Origin: a virus
DNA length: 64,000 nt
Virus record (IMG/VR): IMGVR_UViG_3300025870_000010
Location: 9,561-73,560 of that record
Reading direction: 5' to 3' (one strand)
In this document: piece after piece, positions 1-9,653 of the stretch
Numbering within the stretch: the first letter of the stretch is position 1
Layout: each line of letters begins with the position of its first letter
Program-made: the position numbers and the translations under genes
The notes under the pieces: generated by a model
What the model was told of the DNA's origin: nothing
Seen by the model: only the letters and a program-made list of their open reading frames with translations
Databases searched by the model: none

Positions 1-3000
1 AATCACAAATAGTAACAACTACTACTTCTACAATAAGAATGATTATTGGATTTAGTAAAGTTGGACCGTTCAACACTCCCGTATTTTGTCAGGATTATGC
101 ATTCTTTCAAGATGTGTACGGTAAAAGAGATAAGCAATTAGAAAAGAAAGGTTCGTACTTTCATCTAAGTGCGCAAGAAATGTTATTGGATTCTCCAATT
201 ATTGCATTGAACTTGTTAATATTAAATGATGCACTAGACAAAACTGAATTTATTAGTTTTTCTACAGCAGCAAAAGACAAAAACCAAAAAACTGGTTATG
301 CACCACTTTCTGGAAATTTCAATTCAAGCAAGTTTTGGAAATTAGATTCGGACAAAGCACAATCTAATATTGAAGCACAACCAGGATATACTAAGTCTTT
401 ATTGAACTTTTCAAACGTAGGAAGTAAAACATTTTCTGTTATAGTAACACAAGATAGAATTCAAGGTCTTGACACAACAGCAAACGATTGGTACGGAGAA
501 TCAGATGTTCCTGAATTTATGGATGGTTCTGATTATATCAACGATTATTGTATTAGAGTTAATATCATAAAAGGAGATTATTCCGATTTCGAAAAATTAG
601 CAACTGATCCATTATTGGGTGATTACTTTGATTCTAACGGAATTAAAAAAACATATGAAGACATTAACGGAAATACTAGCGATGGTCTTGTAGCATTCTT
701 AGAAAACCCTAATGTGGTTTCTTTAGGAGAATATATTGGATTATTAATTCCTAATTTTCAAGATGCTGACGGAACTGATTTGTATATTCAAGATTTAGTT
801 AATTTAGAAACATCATTTACTGGACTTTTCTGTTCTGTTGATGAAGACTTGTTTGATGGTTCAACTATGTTGTCCGGTAATGTTATTGATTTACTAGGTG
901 GTACAATTGATGGTGATACTAACTTAAATAAAATTGACTATCTTTCATACTTGGGAGGTATTACAGAAAATTTAGCGTATACTGCCGAAGTATATACTGC
1001 TGGGGAAGAAACTTTTCAGGCAAATGTATCTGCCAACAATTCAACTACTGCTACTGCATTATTAAAACAAACGGATACAGGTGTTGGATATAATTCAACA
1101 CAATTTGACACAATAGTAATTTATAATCCCGGTGCAACAGCATCAGAGGCTCCAGTAGGAACAAGTCCATTTACTGGTGCAACCCCAGCAATAAAATCAG
1201 CAGCTTGGTTGGCTTATGCAAATTCTATTAAACCAAATGTTTCTTTTATGAGTTGTACAGGAACATCAACAACACTCGCACTTGTAAAATCGGTTAGTGT
1301 ATTATTTGATAGAGTAGAAATTCTAATACACCCAAAAGACGAAGCCGGTGCATTAATGTATTTCGATGGTACATCATTATCATCCAGTGTTGACGAAGCA
1401 ATAAAAGGTAATCCAAGTATTGGCATTCTTACATTAGATACAACAACAACTCCTAATAGTTATATCATTACAAAAACTAATGATGCTGGAGAAGATTATC
1501 TTTCTGGTACAATTTCAAGTGGTGATGATGTATTAATTTCTGGTACAACCTTTGATACATTTAGTATAGTGTCCGATGTTGCTGATGGGAATGGTGATGC
1601 ATTAGATACTGCATTAGGTTCAGATATTCTTTCACATCAAATATCTTTTTATAGATTAACACCAGCAACAAATACGACTGAATCAAGTTTGACAATTAAA
1701 TCAAAAGCCGGTGCAATTAATGCATCTTATACTGTAACCAAAGTAAATGACTATGAATTTACATATACTGTCGGTGCTGCAGGTGCTCCCGCTCTTAGTA
1801 AAGACTTAGTTGTTTCGGATTTCTTAATAAGAGGATTTACTGTTGGTTCAACTAAAACTAACATTGACCCTAGAACAGGAAACACTAGATTTACTAGAAT
1901 ATTGTCGGTAAAAGAAAGTGGTGGTACCGTAACGGTTAAGACACTTGACCCTGTATATTTTGGTACTACTAATAACAAAATCGAAAGATACAAATCGGTT
2001 TCAGAGTTTGTAACAAATTATAATGTACAAGGATTAGACGGATTTACAATGAGAGCTGACCAAATGCCAGATGGAACACCGGCTAGACAAAATGCTATAT
2101 TGAAAGTTTTAACAGATACGGGATTGTATGGGGCATTGTCAGATAAAGAAGCAATTACATTTAGATATATAGTTGATACTTTTGATGGATTGATTGAACC
2201 TAGTTCTAAAAATGTTTTAACGGCATTGTGTAAAAATAGACAATTTGCATTTGCAATTTTAAATGCACCGTCTGTTAAAGCACTTAGTGATTCTACTAAT
2301 CCATTATTCAAATTTAATATACTAAGTGAATATGACCCAAGATATGTTAGTACCGGTGGTAATCAAGATTTGAACCCAAGTAACACATTTTCGTTACCTA
2401 GTTTAAATCAAGGTTCTAACTACTGTGGTTTCTATCATCCGTACTTAGTATTGAGAGAAGGGCCAAGTACTAAATTAGTACCACCAGCAGCGTATATTTC
2501 TAACAACTTTATGGCAAAATATAGAAGTGATAAACCTTACTCTATAATTGCAGGACCAAGAAGAGGTGTAGTAGCTGGAAATAATGTTGTAGGTGTTGAA
2601 TACATTTATGATAGAACAGGATTAGATTCAGTAGAACCATTCGGATTGAATGTTATTGTACCAAACAGAGGTTTCGGAAACGTAATCAATGCTAATCAAA
2701 CGGCACAACAAAACATAAAATCTGCATTGTCAAGTATTCATGTAAGAGAATTGTTAATTTACATTGAAGAAACTGTTGAGCAAATTCTTAAAAGTTATAG
2801 ATGGGAATTCAATACCGTTCAAAATAGATTAGAAATCAAAACTTTAGTTGATGGTTTCCTAAGTCAAATATTGAACGATGGTGGTCTTTATGATTACCAA
2901 ACGGTTATGAATACGGTAAATAACACTAGTGAAGTTATTGATAACGATATGGGTATTATTGATATCGCTATCGAACCAGTTAGGGGATTAGGTAAACTTG

Positions 3001-3062
3001 TACAAAGAGTTACTATTCTTAAAACGGGTGCAATTGCATTAGGAGAATTTTCAGTACAATAA
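1..3062 (+). CDS. Contractile tail sheath protein (T4 gp18-like), 5'-truncated by the window edge
   Basis: The C-terminal region is typical of sheath proteins (YCGFYHPYL, VPPAAYIS, AGPRRG, GLNVI, LSSIHVRELL, FNTVQNR, IDIAIEPVRG). The frame is open upstream of ATG 39 to the window edge. The gene precedes the tail tube. Confidence 0.92.
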   Translation, partial: SQIVTTTTSTIRMIIGFSKVGPFNTPVFCQDYAFFQDVYGKRDKQLEKKGSYFHLSAQEMLLDSPIIALNLLILNDALDKTEFISFSTAAKDKNQKTGYAPLSGNFNSSKFWKLDSDKAQSNIEAQPGYTKSLLNFSNVGSKTFSVIVTQDRIQGLDTTANDWYGESDVPEFMDGSDYINDYCIRVNIIKGDYSDFEKLATDPLLGDYFDSNGIKKTYEDINGNTSDGLVAFLENPNVVSLGEYIGLLIPNFQDADGTDLYIQDLVNLETSFTGLFCSVDEDLFDGSTMLSGNVIDLLGGTIDGDTNLNKIDYLSYLGGITENLAYTAEVYTAGEETFQANVSANNSTTATALLKQTDTGVGYNSTQFDTIVIYNPGATASEAPVGTSPFTGATPAIKSAAWLAYANSIKPNVSFMSCTGTSTTLALVKSVSVLFDRVEILIHPKDEAGALMYFDGTSLSSSVDEAIKGNPSIGILTLDTTTTPNSYIITKTNDAGEDYLSGTISSGDDVLISGTTFDTFSIVSDVADGNGDALDTALGSDILSHQISFYRLTPATNTTESSLTIKSKAGAINASYTVTKVNDYEFTYTVGAAGAPALSKDLVVSDFLIRGFTVGSTKTNIDPRTGNTRFTRILSVKESGGTVTVKTLDPVYFGTTNNKIERYKSVSEFVTNYNVQGLDGFTMRADQMPDGTPARQNAILKVLTDTGLYGALSDKEAITFRYIVDTFDGLIEPSSKNVLTALCKNRQFAFAILNAPSVKALSDSTNPLFKFNILSEYDPRYVSTGGNQDLNPSNTFSLPSLNQGSNYCGFYHPYLVLREGPSTKLVPPAAYISNNFMAKYRSDKPYSIIAGPRRGVVAGNNVVGVEYIYDRTGLDSVEPFGLNVIVPNRGFGNVINANQTAQQNIKSALSSIHVRELLIYIEETVEQILKSYRWEFNTVQNRLEIKTLVDGFLSQILNDGGLYDYQTVMNTVNNTSEVIDNDMGIIDIAIEPVRGLGKLVQRVTILKTGAIALGEFSVQ

Positions 3063-3066
3063 AAAT

Positions 3067-3075
3067 GATTAAATA
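3067..3075 (+). promoter_or_regulatory. Putative late promoter GATTAAATA upstream of the tail tube gene
   Basis: The motif recurs upstream of more than 20 structural or late genes and is a variant of the T4 late promoter TATAAATA. Confidence 0.7.
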
Positions 3076-3109
3076 AGATATAGAGAACTTAAAATGTTCT
3101 CTATATCTT
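3075..3109 (+). other. Perfect 14-bp hairpin between the sheath and tube genes
   Basis: AAGATATAGAGAAC-ttaaaat-GTTCTCTATATCTT. Confidence 0.6.
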
Positions 3110-3140
3110 TAAAATACTTAGATAAAAAAAATTATATAAT

Positions 3141-3695
3141 ATGGCAAGTTTACCACATTACAAAAATTCAAAGGCATCCGTAAACAAATGGGAATTTGTT
3201 GCTGGTAACTTATTTGAAGTTACTATATTACCACCACCTGGTGTCGGTGGAGGAGAATTACTATTAGAACACGTTAGAACTATTGGTGGTCTTACAACAG
3301 AAATGGGACAAGAAGCGGTTGAACAAGAATTCAAAACGTCAAAACGTTCATTTTTAAGTACAGTTCCTACAAATACAGTTGTTGATTTAGCAATTGCATT
3401 TTCATTGAACTTAAATGATGACAATGAAATGTATGTTTATAAAACGCTTAGAGATTGGAAAAGATTGGGTTATAACCCACTAACTGGTGAAATGGGACTT
3501 AAAAAGGACTATTCGGATGCGAAAATTATAGTTACTATGTACAATAGAGTAGGTGATATTCATTGGCAAAGAACTTTCCACGATTGTTTCGTAAACGGAG
3601 ATTTACCTGAATTAGCGTTAGATTATTCTTCTGGTGACCCATTAGAAATGGAAGTTACTTTTAGAAGTGATTACTTTACAGAACAACAAGTATAG
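3141..3695 (+). CDS. Tail tube protein (gp19-like)
   Basis: 184 aa directly after the sheath gene. Motifs NLFEV, LRDWKRLGYNPLTGEMG, YNRVG and LDYSSG...VTFRSDY resemble T4-like tube proteins. Confidence 0.88.
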   Translation: MASLPHYKNSKASVNKWEFVAGNLFEVTILPPPGVGGGELLLEHVRTIGGLTTEMGQEAVEQEFKTSKRSFLSTVPTNTVVDLAIAFSLNLNDDNEMYVYKTLRDWKRLGYNPLTGEMGLKKDYSDAKIIVTMYNRVGDIHWQRTFHDCFVNGDLPELALDYSSGDPLEMEVTFRSDYFTEQQV

Positions 3696-3713
3696 TAAAT
3701 TAAAAATTATAAG

Positions 3714-3749
3714 AAAAAAGGGAACTATTGATTTAGTTCCCTTTTTTTT
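3714..3749. terminator. Bidirectional intrinsic terminator
   Basis: A-tract, GGGAACTA/TAGTTCCC stem and T-tract between the convergent tube and phoH genes. Confidence 0.85.
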
Positions 3750-3771
3750 GTTTATTGAATAATAACTATTT

Positions 3772-4572
3772 CTATGCAACTCTTTTTCCATTCGATTCTA
3801 ATTCATCGTAACGGTCTTCTATTTTATTTATGATGTCTGCTCTACTTTGATCTTCTTTAGTCATTTTAACTACGTGAAAACCGTCTATGTCTTGAAAATT
3901 CTCAATTAAAAATTCTAATCCAGAAGTTTGTCCTGATGAACTATCTTTTTGTTGTGTATCTCCTAAGATAACCAATTTACAATTTTGTCCTATCCTAGAC
4001 AATACCGTTCTCAAAATTGCGTTGTTTATGTTTTGTGCTTCATCTAATATTATAACACAATTGTTTAATCCTATACCTCGTATATAAGCAAGAGGTAAAA
4101 ACTCAATTACTTGAGATTGTCTTGCCATTTCATAAGTACCTGGATTAATTATTTGTTTAAAGTTGAAATCAAACGAAAACAAAAAGGGGGCAATCTTATC
4201 TTCCATCGTACCTTTTAAGAATCCAATATCTTCCGATTTGTTATCTAAGGTCTTTACAGATTTACATAAGTATATTTTATCATACGAACCCGTCTTAAAA
4301 GCTTTCAGTGCTCCTTGAATAGCGGAATATGTTTTTCCTGTTCCTGGTTTGCCATGTACAATAGTAATAGTAGTGTTTTTGTTACTAATAGATTTTACTA
4401 TTTCGCTTTGATTTTTAGTTTTACATTTAAACTTAGATACCGCAATATTGTTTTTAAAGGTTTTGATACCACTATCTTTATTTTCTTTTTCCATAGGTTT
4501 TGATTTAGTCTTTGTATTAGAATATTCTAATAGAATTTCTGTATCCTCTTCGCTGAAATTCTTTATTTTCAT
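3772..4572 (-). CDS. phoH: PhoH-family ATPase
   Basis: GKPGTGKT Walker A, IGFLKG, LAYIRG, ILDEAQN, LSRIG and LGDTQQKD are PhoH signature motifs. Confidence 0.92.
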   Translation of the reverse strand: MKIKNFSEEDTEILLEYSNTKTKSKPMEKENKDSGIKTFKNNIAVSKFKCKTKNQSEIVKSISNKNTTITIVHGKPGTGKTYSAIQGALKAFKTGSYDKIYLCKSVKTLDNKSEDIGFLKGTMEDKIAPFLFSFDFNFKQIINPGTYEMARQSQVIEFLPLAYIRGIGLNNCVIILDEAQNINNAILRTVLSRIGQNCKLVILGDTQQKDSSSGQTSGLEFLIENFQDIDGFHVVKMTKEDQSRADIINKIEDRYDELESNGKRVA

Positions 4573-4628
4573 AGTATATATTTTATCTTCTATGATATTT
4601 AACCTATCTAAAAAACTTTAATGTTGTA

Positions 4629-7151
4629 TTAAGAAAATGATGTATTTTGAATATTAACATCTATACCAGCTCGTAAAGTATCAGTAACTAATTCGAGTTC
4701 TGACAATAGTGGTCCCAAGTCTATTTTTTCTTGTGTTTGTGTCGCAGGACTTGCTGTTGTTGTACTAGTAGAACCTACTTCAATTCCATTCATTTCTGCA
4801 ATTGCATCTTTTAGTTTTTCTAAAACGGCTTCTAAATCACCAAAACTACCATCCATTGCCTCTGCAAAGTTAGTAAGGTTTTCGGCCAATGAATTTAATT
4901 TAGTTAATTTTTTCAAATCCATTCCATTAATAGATTCTTTCATATCAACAAACATTTTACCAATATCTTTAGATGCCCCCCCTTTCATTTTTTCTACGGA
5001 TTCGGCAAAGGATTCGATTCCTTCAAAAAGAGTTTCTACTTTATCTTCATCCATCTTTTCAAAATCAGAATCGGTAAATGTTTTAATAACAGAAGTTAAG
5101 GGTTTACTAAATGTTTCTTGTAGTTTTGCACTATCAATTTTTACTTTACTGAAAGTAGATATTGCATTTGCAAAACTTTCCATAGGAGATGCCAATGTTC
5201 CTAAATATTCTATACCATCTTCAATATCATCATTTTCCCCCAATTTTATAAGTGGGCCCGTTAATGCATTAAGCATTGTTGTAATTCCTGTCCCTATTTT
5301 TCCAACATCAATTCCCTTTTCAGAACCAGGTACCACTTTTCCTTTATCATCAAATTCAACTACTTTCATATTACCGAAAAATGACATACCTAATGCAAAA
5401 GAACCTAATGCATTTCCAAGTTTACCTAATAATTCAATTCCCGTTCCTAAATTACCTTGACTAAACCAACCACTACCGTCTGAATTTTCAGCTCCGAAAT
5501 CTTTTAGGGGTTTAGTTATTTCTTGTAATAATAATGCTATATTAGAACTAATTGCAGCCGGATTTATCGCACCTTTAGTTTTTACTGTATATTTCGCATC
5601 TGCCCCCTCTCCTTCCTTTACAACCTCACTTAGTTCTAAATTTGCAAAAGACCCTATACCTTCAGCAAATGCCGAAAGTGCGTTTCCTAATCCGGTAAGT
5701 AATGCTATTCCGGCAGCAACTTTTATAAAATCAGAAATACCGAAATCACTGAAAGCATCCTTTACAGCAGTTACTAATGTTACAATTGCTCTAGCCAAAA
5801 GGTCAGATTTTTCTTGTGTCCAATCAATTCCCGCAAATTTAACTAAAGAATCTGTAAATACCCATACTGCGGCACCAACTACTAATAATGCAGCCGCACC
5901 GGCAAGTATAAATGGTGCAACTAAACCTGCGGCCCCGAACGCAACCCCCATTCCAACAATAAATGCCGATAATATTCCTATTGTTTTCCAAGTAATATTG
6001 GCTTCTTGTAATTTGGCTAAAGAAAATGCTATTATAGCAACTACAACAGCAACTAGTAACATTGATAATGCACCAGGAATTATTTGAGCTTTAAGTGCAC
6101 CAGCAATTACAAATACAATTGCTAATCCTATCATAACAACTCCTAACATAAGAGCTGCTGCTGCAAACCTTTTTAAAGAAATAGTTGTTATAAAAAATAA
6201 AATACCTACGATAATTGCAGTTGCAATTGCTAAAAATATCATACTCATTGCACCTTTGTTGGTTTTTGATTCAACCAATCCTATTAACATAAATACTAAT
6301 GCAACTCCTATTAACACACCAAAGACTAATAAAATTGCACCCATCGTAATTTGATCCATAATAAATTTAGAAAGAACAATTAATCCAATTACTATTCCTA
6401 TGGTTAATGCTAAAAATATCATACTTTTTGCACCATCTTTTGCACTATCATCAACTGCTGATATCATACTAAAAGCAAAAGCAACAGCAAAAAGAGTTCC
6501 TATTACCAACAAGACCGGTCCAAATCCTACTGCACCTAAAATTAATGACGCAATGGCAATAGACAAAACAATACCTAATACCGCCCCTGAAATAAACAAC
6601 AATGCTTTTGCACCTTCTTTCAAGTCTTTTGTCATTGTTCCGAGCCATTTAAAAAAGAAAACCCATACAATTAAAAAAGGTAATGTTGTAATCATACCTA
6701 TTGCCAATAATGGGCCAGCTAGTAATATTGCTAATGAAAACAATATTATTTTCTTACCCATATCGAAAAGTGCAGTAAAAGCTTCAAATTTCTTTTCGTC
6801 TAATTCATTTACGGCATCTACAAATTTCTTAGTAGCATCGGCAAACTTATCCATTCCAAGTGCCATTGCTTGTAATGCTTTACCTCCCCTTTTCTTAAAC
6901 ATTTTACCAAAAGACTTAGTTCCTGATGAATTGAAAATAGAAATTGAACTACTCCCACCAGTACCTTTGACTAATCCCTTTGCAATTTCTTGTAATAATT
7001 TAGTTTGTTTTGATAATTCTTTACCTATTTCTTTAGATAATATAGTATTTGTTTTGTTTATACCCGTTAAAATAGAAACATTTTGATTCGCATTGACTGT
7101 GGCCAATGTTTCTATATTCTTTAATATTCCAGCAACTAAGTTTTCACCCAT
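4629..7151 (-). CDS. Tape measure-like protein with multiple hydrophobic helices
   Basis: 840 aa, Ala/Gly/Ile-rich and helical with long hydrophobic repeats. It lies downstream of the gp26/gp51-like genes and has a late motif at 7178-7186. Confidence 0.65.
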   Translation of the reverse strand: MGENLVAGILKNIETLATVNANQNVSILTGINKTNTILSKEIGKELSKQTKLLQEIAKGLVKGTGGSSSISIFNSSGTKSFGKMFKKRGGKALQAMALGMDKFADATKKFVDAVNELDEKKFEAFTALFDMGKKIILFSLAILLAGPLLAIGMITTLPFLIVWVFFFKWLGTMTKDLKEGAKALLFISGAVLGIVLSIAIASLILGAVGFGPVLLVIGTLFAVAFAFSMISAVDDSAKDGAKSMIFLALTIGIVIGLIVLSKFIMDQITMGAILLVFGVLIGVALVFMLIGLVESKTNKGAMSMIFLAIATAIIVGILFFITTISLKRFAAAALMLGVVMIGLAIVFVIAGALKAQIIPGALSMLLVAVVVAIIAFSLAKLQEANITWKTIGILSAFIVGMGVAFGAAGLVAPFILAGAAALLVVGAAVWVFTDSLVKFAGIDWTQEKSDLLARAIVTLVTAVKDAFSDFGISDFIKVAAGIALLTGLGNALSAFAEGIGSFANLELSEVVKEGEGADAKYTVKTKGAINPAAISSNIALLLQEITKPLKDFGAENSDGSGWFSQGNLGTGIELLGKLGNALGSFALGMSFFGNMKVVEFDDKGKVVPGSEKGIDVGKIGTGITTMLNALTGPLIKLGENDDIEDGIEYLGTLASPMESFANAISTFSKVKIDSAKLQETFSKPLTSVIKTFTDSDFEKMDEDKVETLFEGIESFAESVEKMKGGASKDIGKMFVDMKESINGMDLKKLTKLNSLAENLTNFAEAMDGSFGDLEAVLEKLKDAIAEMNGIEVGSTSTTTASPATQTQEKIDLGPLLSELELVTDTLRAGIDVNIQNTSFS

Positions 7152-7198
7152 TTCTAAATCCGATAATTCCCTTTCTTTATTTAATCAAATAAACAATT

Positions 7199-7525
7199 TT
7201 ACATTTTAGGCATTTTAAAATTACCTAATTTTGGCATATTCCCACCAAAACCTTTCGTGTACTTACTTGCGTCGGATTTCATTTTTTCCATCTGTTCATT
7301 TGTTTGGTCTTTACTTCCAGATTTGTCTCCGTTTTGTTCCTTCAACATATCAACAAGGTCTTTTACCATCCATTGGTATTCATAGTAACAAAGGTTATCT
7401 ATTTCGGATGGTTGTATATGTAAGTGATGTTGAACATATACTCTATTTTTATAAAAAGATCGCAAATCAACTTTCATTGATTTAAAAATGTCTTTCATCT
7501 TTAATCTAACAGTCGGTGTCCTCAT
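7199..7525 (-). CDS. Baseplate hub assembly protein (gp51-like)
   Basis: SFYKNRVYVQHHLHIQPSEIDNLCYYEY resembles the gp51 motif (YY.NF.LMQHH....EIE.M..WE). Confidence 0.65.
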   Translation of the reverse strand: MRTPTVRLKMKDIFKSMKVDLRSFYKNRVYVQHHLHIQPSEIDNLCYYEYQWMVKDLVDMLKEQNGDKSGSKDQTNEQMEKMKSDASKYTKGFGGNMPKLGNFKMPKM

Positions 7526-7557
7526 TTATACTAAGTTTAGTACTATATTTAATCATA

Positions 7558-7587
7558 AAAAAAGACTACCAAAAATGATAGTCTTTC
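7558..7587 (-). terminator. Intrinsic terminator followed by a late promoter (7546-7554)
   Basis: AAAGACTA/TAGTCTTT stem with a T-tract on the minus strand. Confidence 0.65.
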
Positions 7588-7609
7588 TTAATATTGTACG
7601 TATTTTATT

Positions 7610-7882
7610 TTACTTAGTAATATTTTTAAGTTCTTTGAATAGTGCATCCTTATCAAATACCTCATCTTCCATACCTTCAATTGAAGAAAGTCCATCACGA
7701 CCAACAACAACTTTTAGAGGACCTGACCAATTTGGTATTTTATTTATTGGATTATCCCCATAAAAATCTGTAACCCCACTATTTGTAGTTTTGCTAACTT
7801 TCTTAAAGATTGTTTTTAGAAAAGATTCTATCTCATCGTGATTACCTTTACCTTCGTTTAAAAATTCGTTTAAATGTTTCAT
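7610..7882 (-). CDS. Small putative internal head protein with capsid-targeting-like tag
   Basis: N-terminus MKHLNEFLNE. Confidence 0.7.
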   Translation of the reverse strand: MKHLNEFLNEGKGNHDEIESFLKTIFKKVSKTTNSGVTDFYGDNPINKIPNWSGPLKVVVGRDGLSSIEGMEDEVFDKDALFKELKNITK

Positions 7883-7885
7883 ATC

Positions 7886-8401
7886 TTAATCTGGATTTTT
7901 CCAACCTTTATAGAAGTCTGCAAATGCTTGTCCTTCGGCACTTGCTTGTGCTTCAATCATACCTAAAAGTTGATTTAATTGTTTTGTTGTAATTTGTATT
8001 CCTTTATTTTCTGTTCCAAAGTAATCAGCACTACCAGAAAGTCCACCTGGTGTTTCGTTTCTTAGTCTACCATTAAATGCTTCATCATTAATTTTATAAC
8101 CTCTTATTGCTCTGAATCCATATAGATAAAGTTTACCGTCTTTTGCAAATAGTTCTACTAATTTTTGACTACCATTCCTATCATCAGGTGATGAACCATA
8201 AGTAAAGATAGAAACCCTAGATGGATATACTTTACCGAACATAGTTCTTTCTTCTTCGTAATCATCTACAATACCTTTTTTGGTTTTACTTTGTAGTGCA
8301 TCTCTAAGTGTCTCAGTAGATTCCAAATCTTTTTTACTAAGATTACCAACTTTAGTACCATAGTTCTTTGCTTCGTTTAAAAATTCATTTAGTGCTTTCA
8401 T
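7886..8401 (-). CDS. Putative internal head protein with capsid-targeting-like tag
   Basis: N-terminus MKALNEFLNE. Confidence 0.7.
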   Translation of the reverse strand: MKALNEFLNEAKNYGTKVGNLSKKDLESTETLRDALQSKTKKGIVDDYEEERTMFGKVYPSRVSIFTYGSSPDDRNGSQKLVELFAKDGKLYLYGFRAIRGYKINDEAFNGRLRNETPGGLSGSADYFGTENKGIQITTKQLNQLLGMIEAQASAEGQAFADFYKGWKNPD

Positions 8402-8411
8402 AGTTTTATCT

Positions 8412-8690
8412 TTATTTTACGAAATGATAATGTGATTCTAAATATCCACCTTTATCTTTATAGAACGCTTCGACATCATATTTCTTTGGGTCTTTGTGTT
8501 CAGGTAATTTTGTTTTGATAAATTCTAATCCATCTTCTACTGAATCAAACTCGTGTGCCTTACCATCATCTTTAGTCCATTGTACATCACCTTTTGGTGT
8601 TATTACAACGTATTTGTTGAATTTAGATGAACGTACTGTTATTTTATCGTATTTTACCCCTTCATTAAGGAATTCATTTAGTGCTTTCAT
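8412..8690 (-). CDS. Small putative internal head protein with capsid-targeting-like tag
   Basis: N-terminus MKALNEFLNE. Confidence 0.7.
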   Translation of the reverse strand: MKALNEFLNEGVKYDKITVRSSKFNKYVVITPKGDVQWTKDDGKAHEFDSVEDGLEFIKTKLPEHKDPKKYDVEAFYKDKGGYLESHYHFVK

Positions 8691-8703
8691 AATTTATTTA
8701 ATT

Positions 8704-9579
8704 TTATCTAATCCAACGAACATAATCTTCAAGGGCATATTCTTTTGCAATAACATCTCCTTTCATTTTATTCCAAAGGTCAGTTGCCATTTCAATATAA
8801 ACTTCAGCATCATTTTCATATCTATCAATCGGTTCAACATATCCTTTGTCCCCTTTAATAACATCTAATATTCTTTCGTTATAAACTTGTCTAATTTCGT
8901 TTGTTATATCAATCTTTTCATCAGCCCAAGTAGGAAACAATTTAATTGCTTTCTTGAATTTAGTATCCCAATACTTTTCTGATTTTTCAGCTTCTCCTGT
9001 GTATTGATTTATTTCATCTAATACAGATTTACCTTCATTCAACTTTGTTATTTCGTTAGATTTGTTACCAACAAACGTTTGAAATCCACTTTTCTTAGTG
9101 TATTTTACATCATAGGTAACTTTTCCGTCATTTCGTACATTTGTTATTACTGCTGGTTCCCCATAGTATAATACCTTTTCACCTTCTTTAAAAAATGGTT
9201 TAATGTGCCAACCATATTTATCTGTTACTGGTTTTTTAGATTCATCCATTCCGGACATACTTAATACAGCTTTTTTCTTTTTAGTCATCAACTTTATTAA
9301 TTCATCAAGAACTTTACCACCTTTATCATCGGTTGCTCTATGTGGTCTACCTACAAAGTCTTGACCGATTCCTTCTAATTTACCAGAACGATTAAAAGTT
9401 ATATTACCTTTAGGTGTTTTTAATTGAAAATCTCCCATACCTAAATGTACTAATTCAGAACCAGGAAGTACTCCTTTACTGTAATTTACAAAATTGCTAT
9501 CAACAATAGTTTGATTTCCTACTCTTTCGTAGTGTCCTACATCTTTTGCTTCGTTTAAAAATTCGTTTAAGTGTTTCAT
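8704..9579 (-). CDS. Putative internal head polyprotein with capsid-targeting-like tag
   Basis: N-terminus MKHLNEFLNE. Internal MDE-S and LNE-G sites separate about three domains. Late motif at 9599-9607. Confidence 0.7.
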   Translation of the reverse strand: MKHLNEFLNEAKDVGHYERVGNQTIVDSNFVNYSKGVLPGSELVHLGMGDFQLKTPKGNITFNRSGKLEGIGQDFVGRPHRATDDKGGKVLDELIKLMTKKKKAVLSMSGMDESKKPVTDKYGWHIKPFFKEGEKVLYYGEPAVITNVRNDGKVTYDVKYTKKSGFQTFVGNKSNEITKLNEGKSVLDEINQYTGEAEKSEKYWDTKFKKAIKLFPTWADEKIDITNEIRQVYNERILDVIKGDKGYVEPIDRYENDAEVYIEMATDLWNKMKGDVIAKEYALEDYVRWIR

Positions 9580-9607
9580 ATTATAATATTTCTTTTCTTA
9601 TTTAACC

Positions 9608-9637
9608 AAAAAAAAGGCAACCAAATCGGTTGCCTTT
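9608..9637 (-). terminator. Intrinsic terminator
   Basis: AAAGGCAACC/GGTTGCCTTT stem with a T-tract on the minus strand. Confidence 0.8.
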
Positions 9638-9653
9638 GTGGTATTATTGTATT

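Noticed and set aside
6400-7086. 228-aa plus-strand ORF and other antisense ORFs (e.g. 18417-18987, 28837-29280, 52381-52842, 53408-53809)
   Set aside because: They are shadows of codon bias on the opposite strand of well-supported genes and show no motifs or expression signals.
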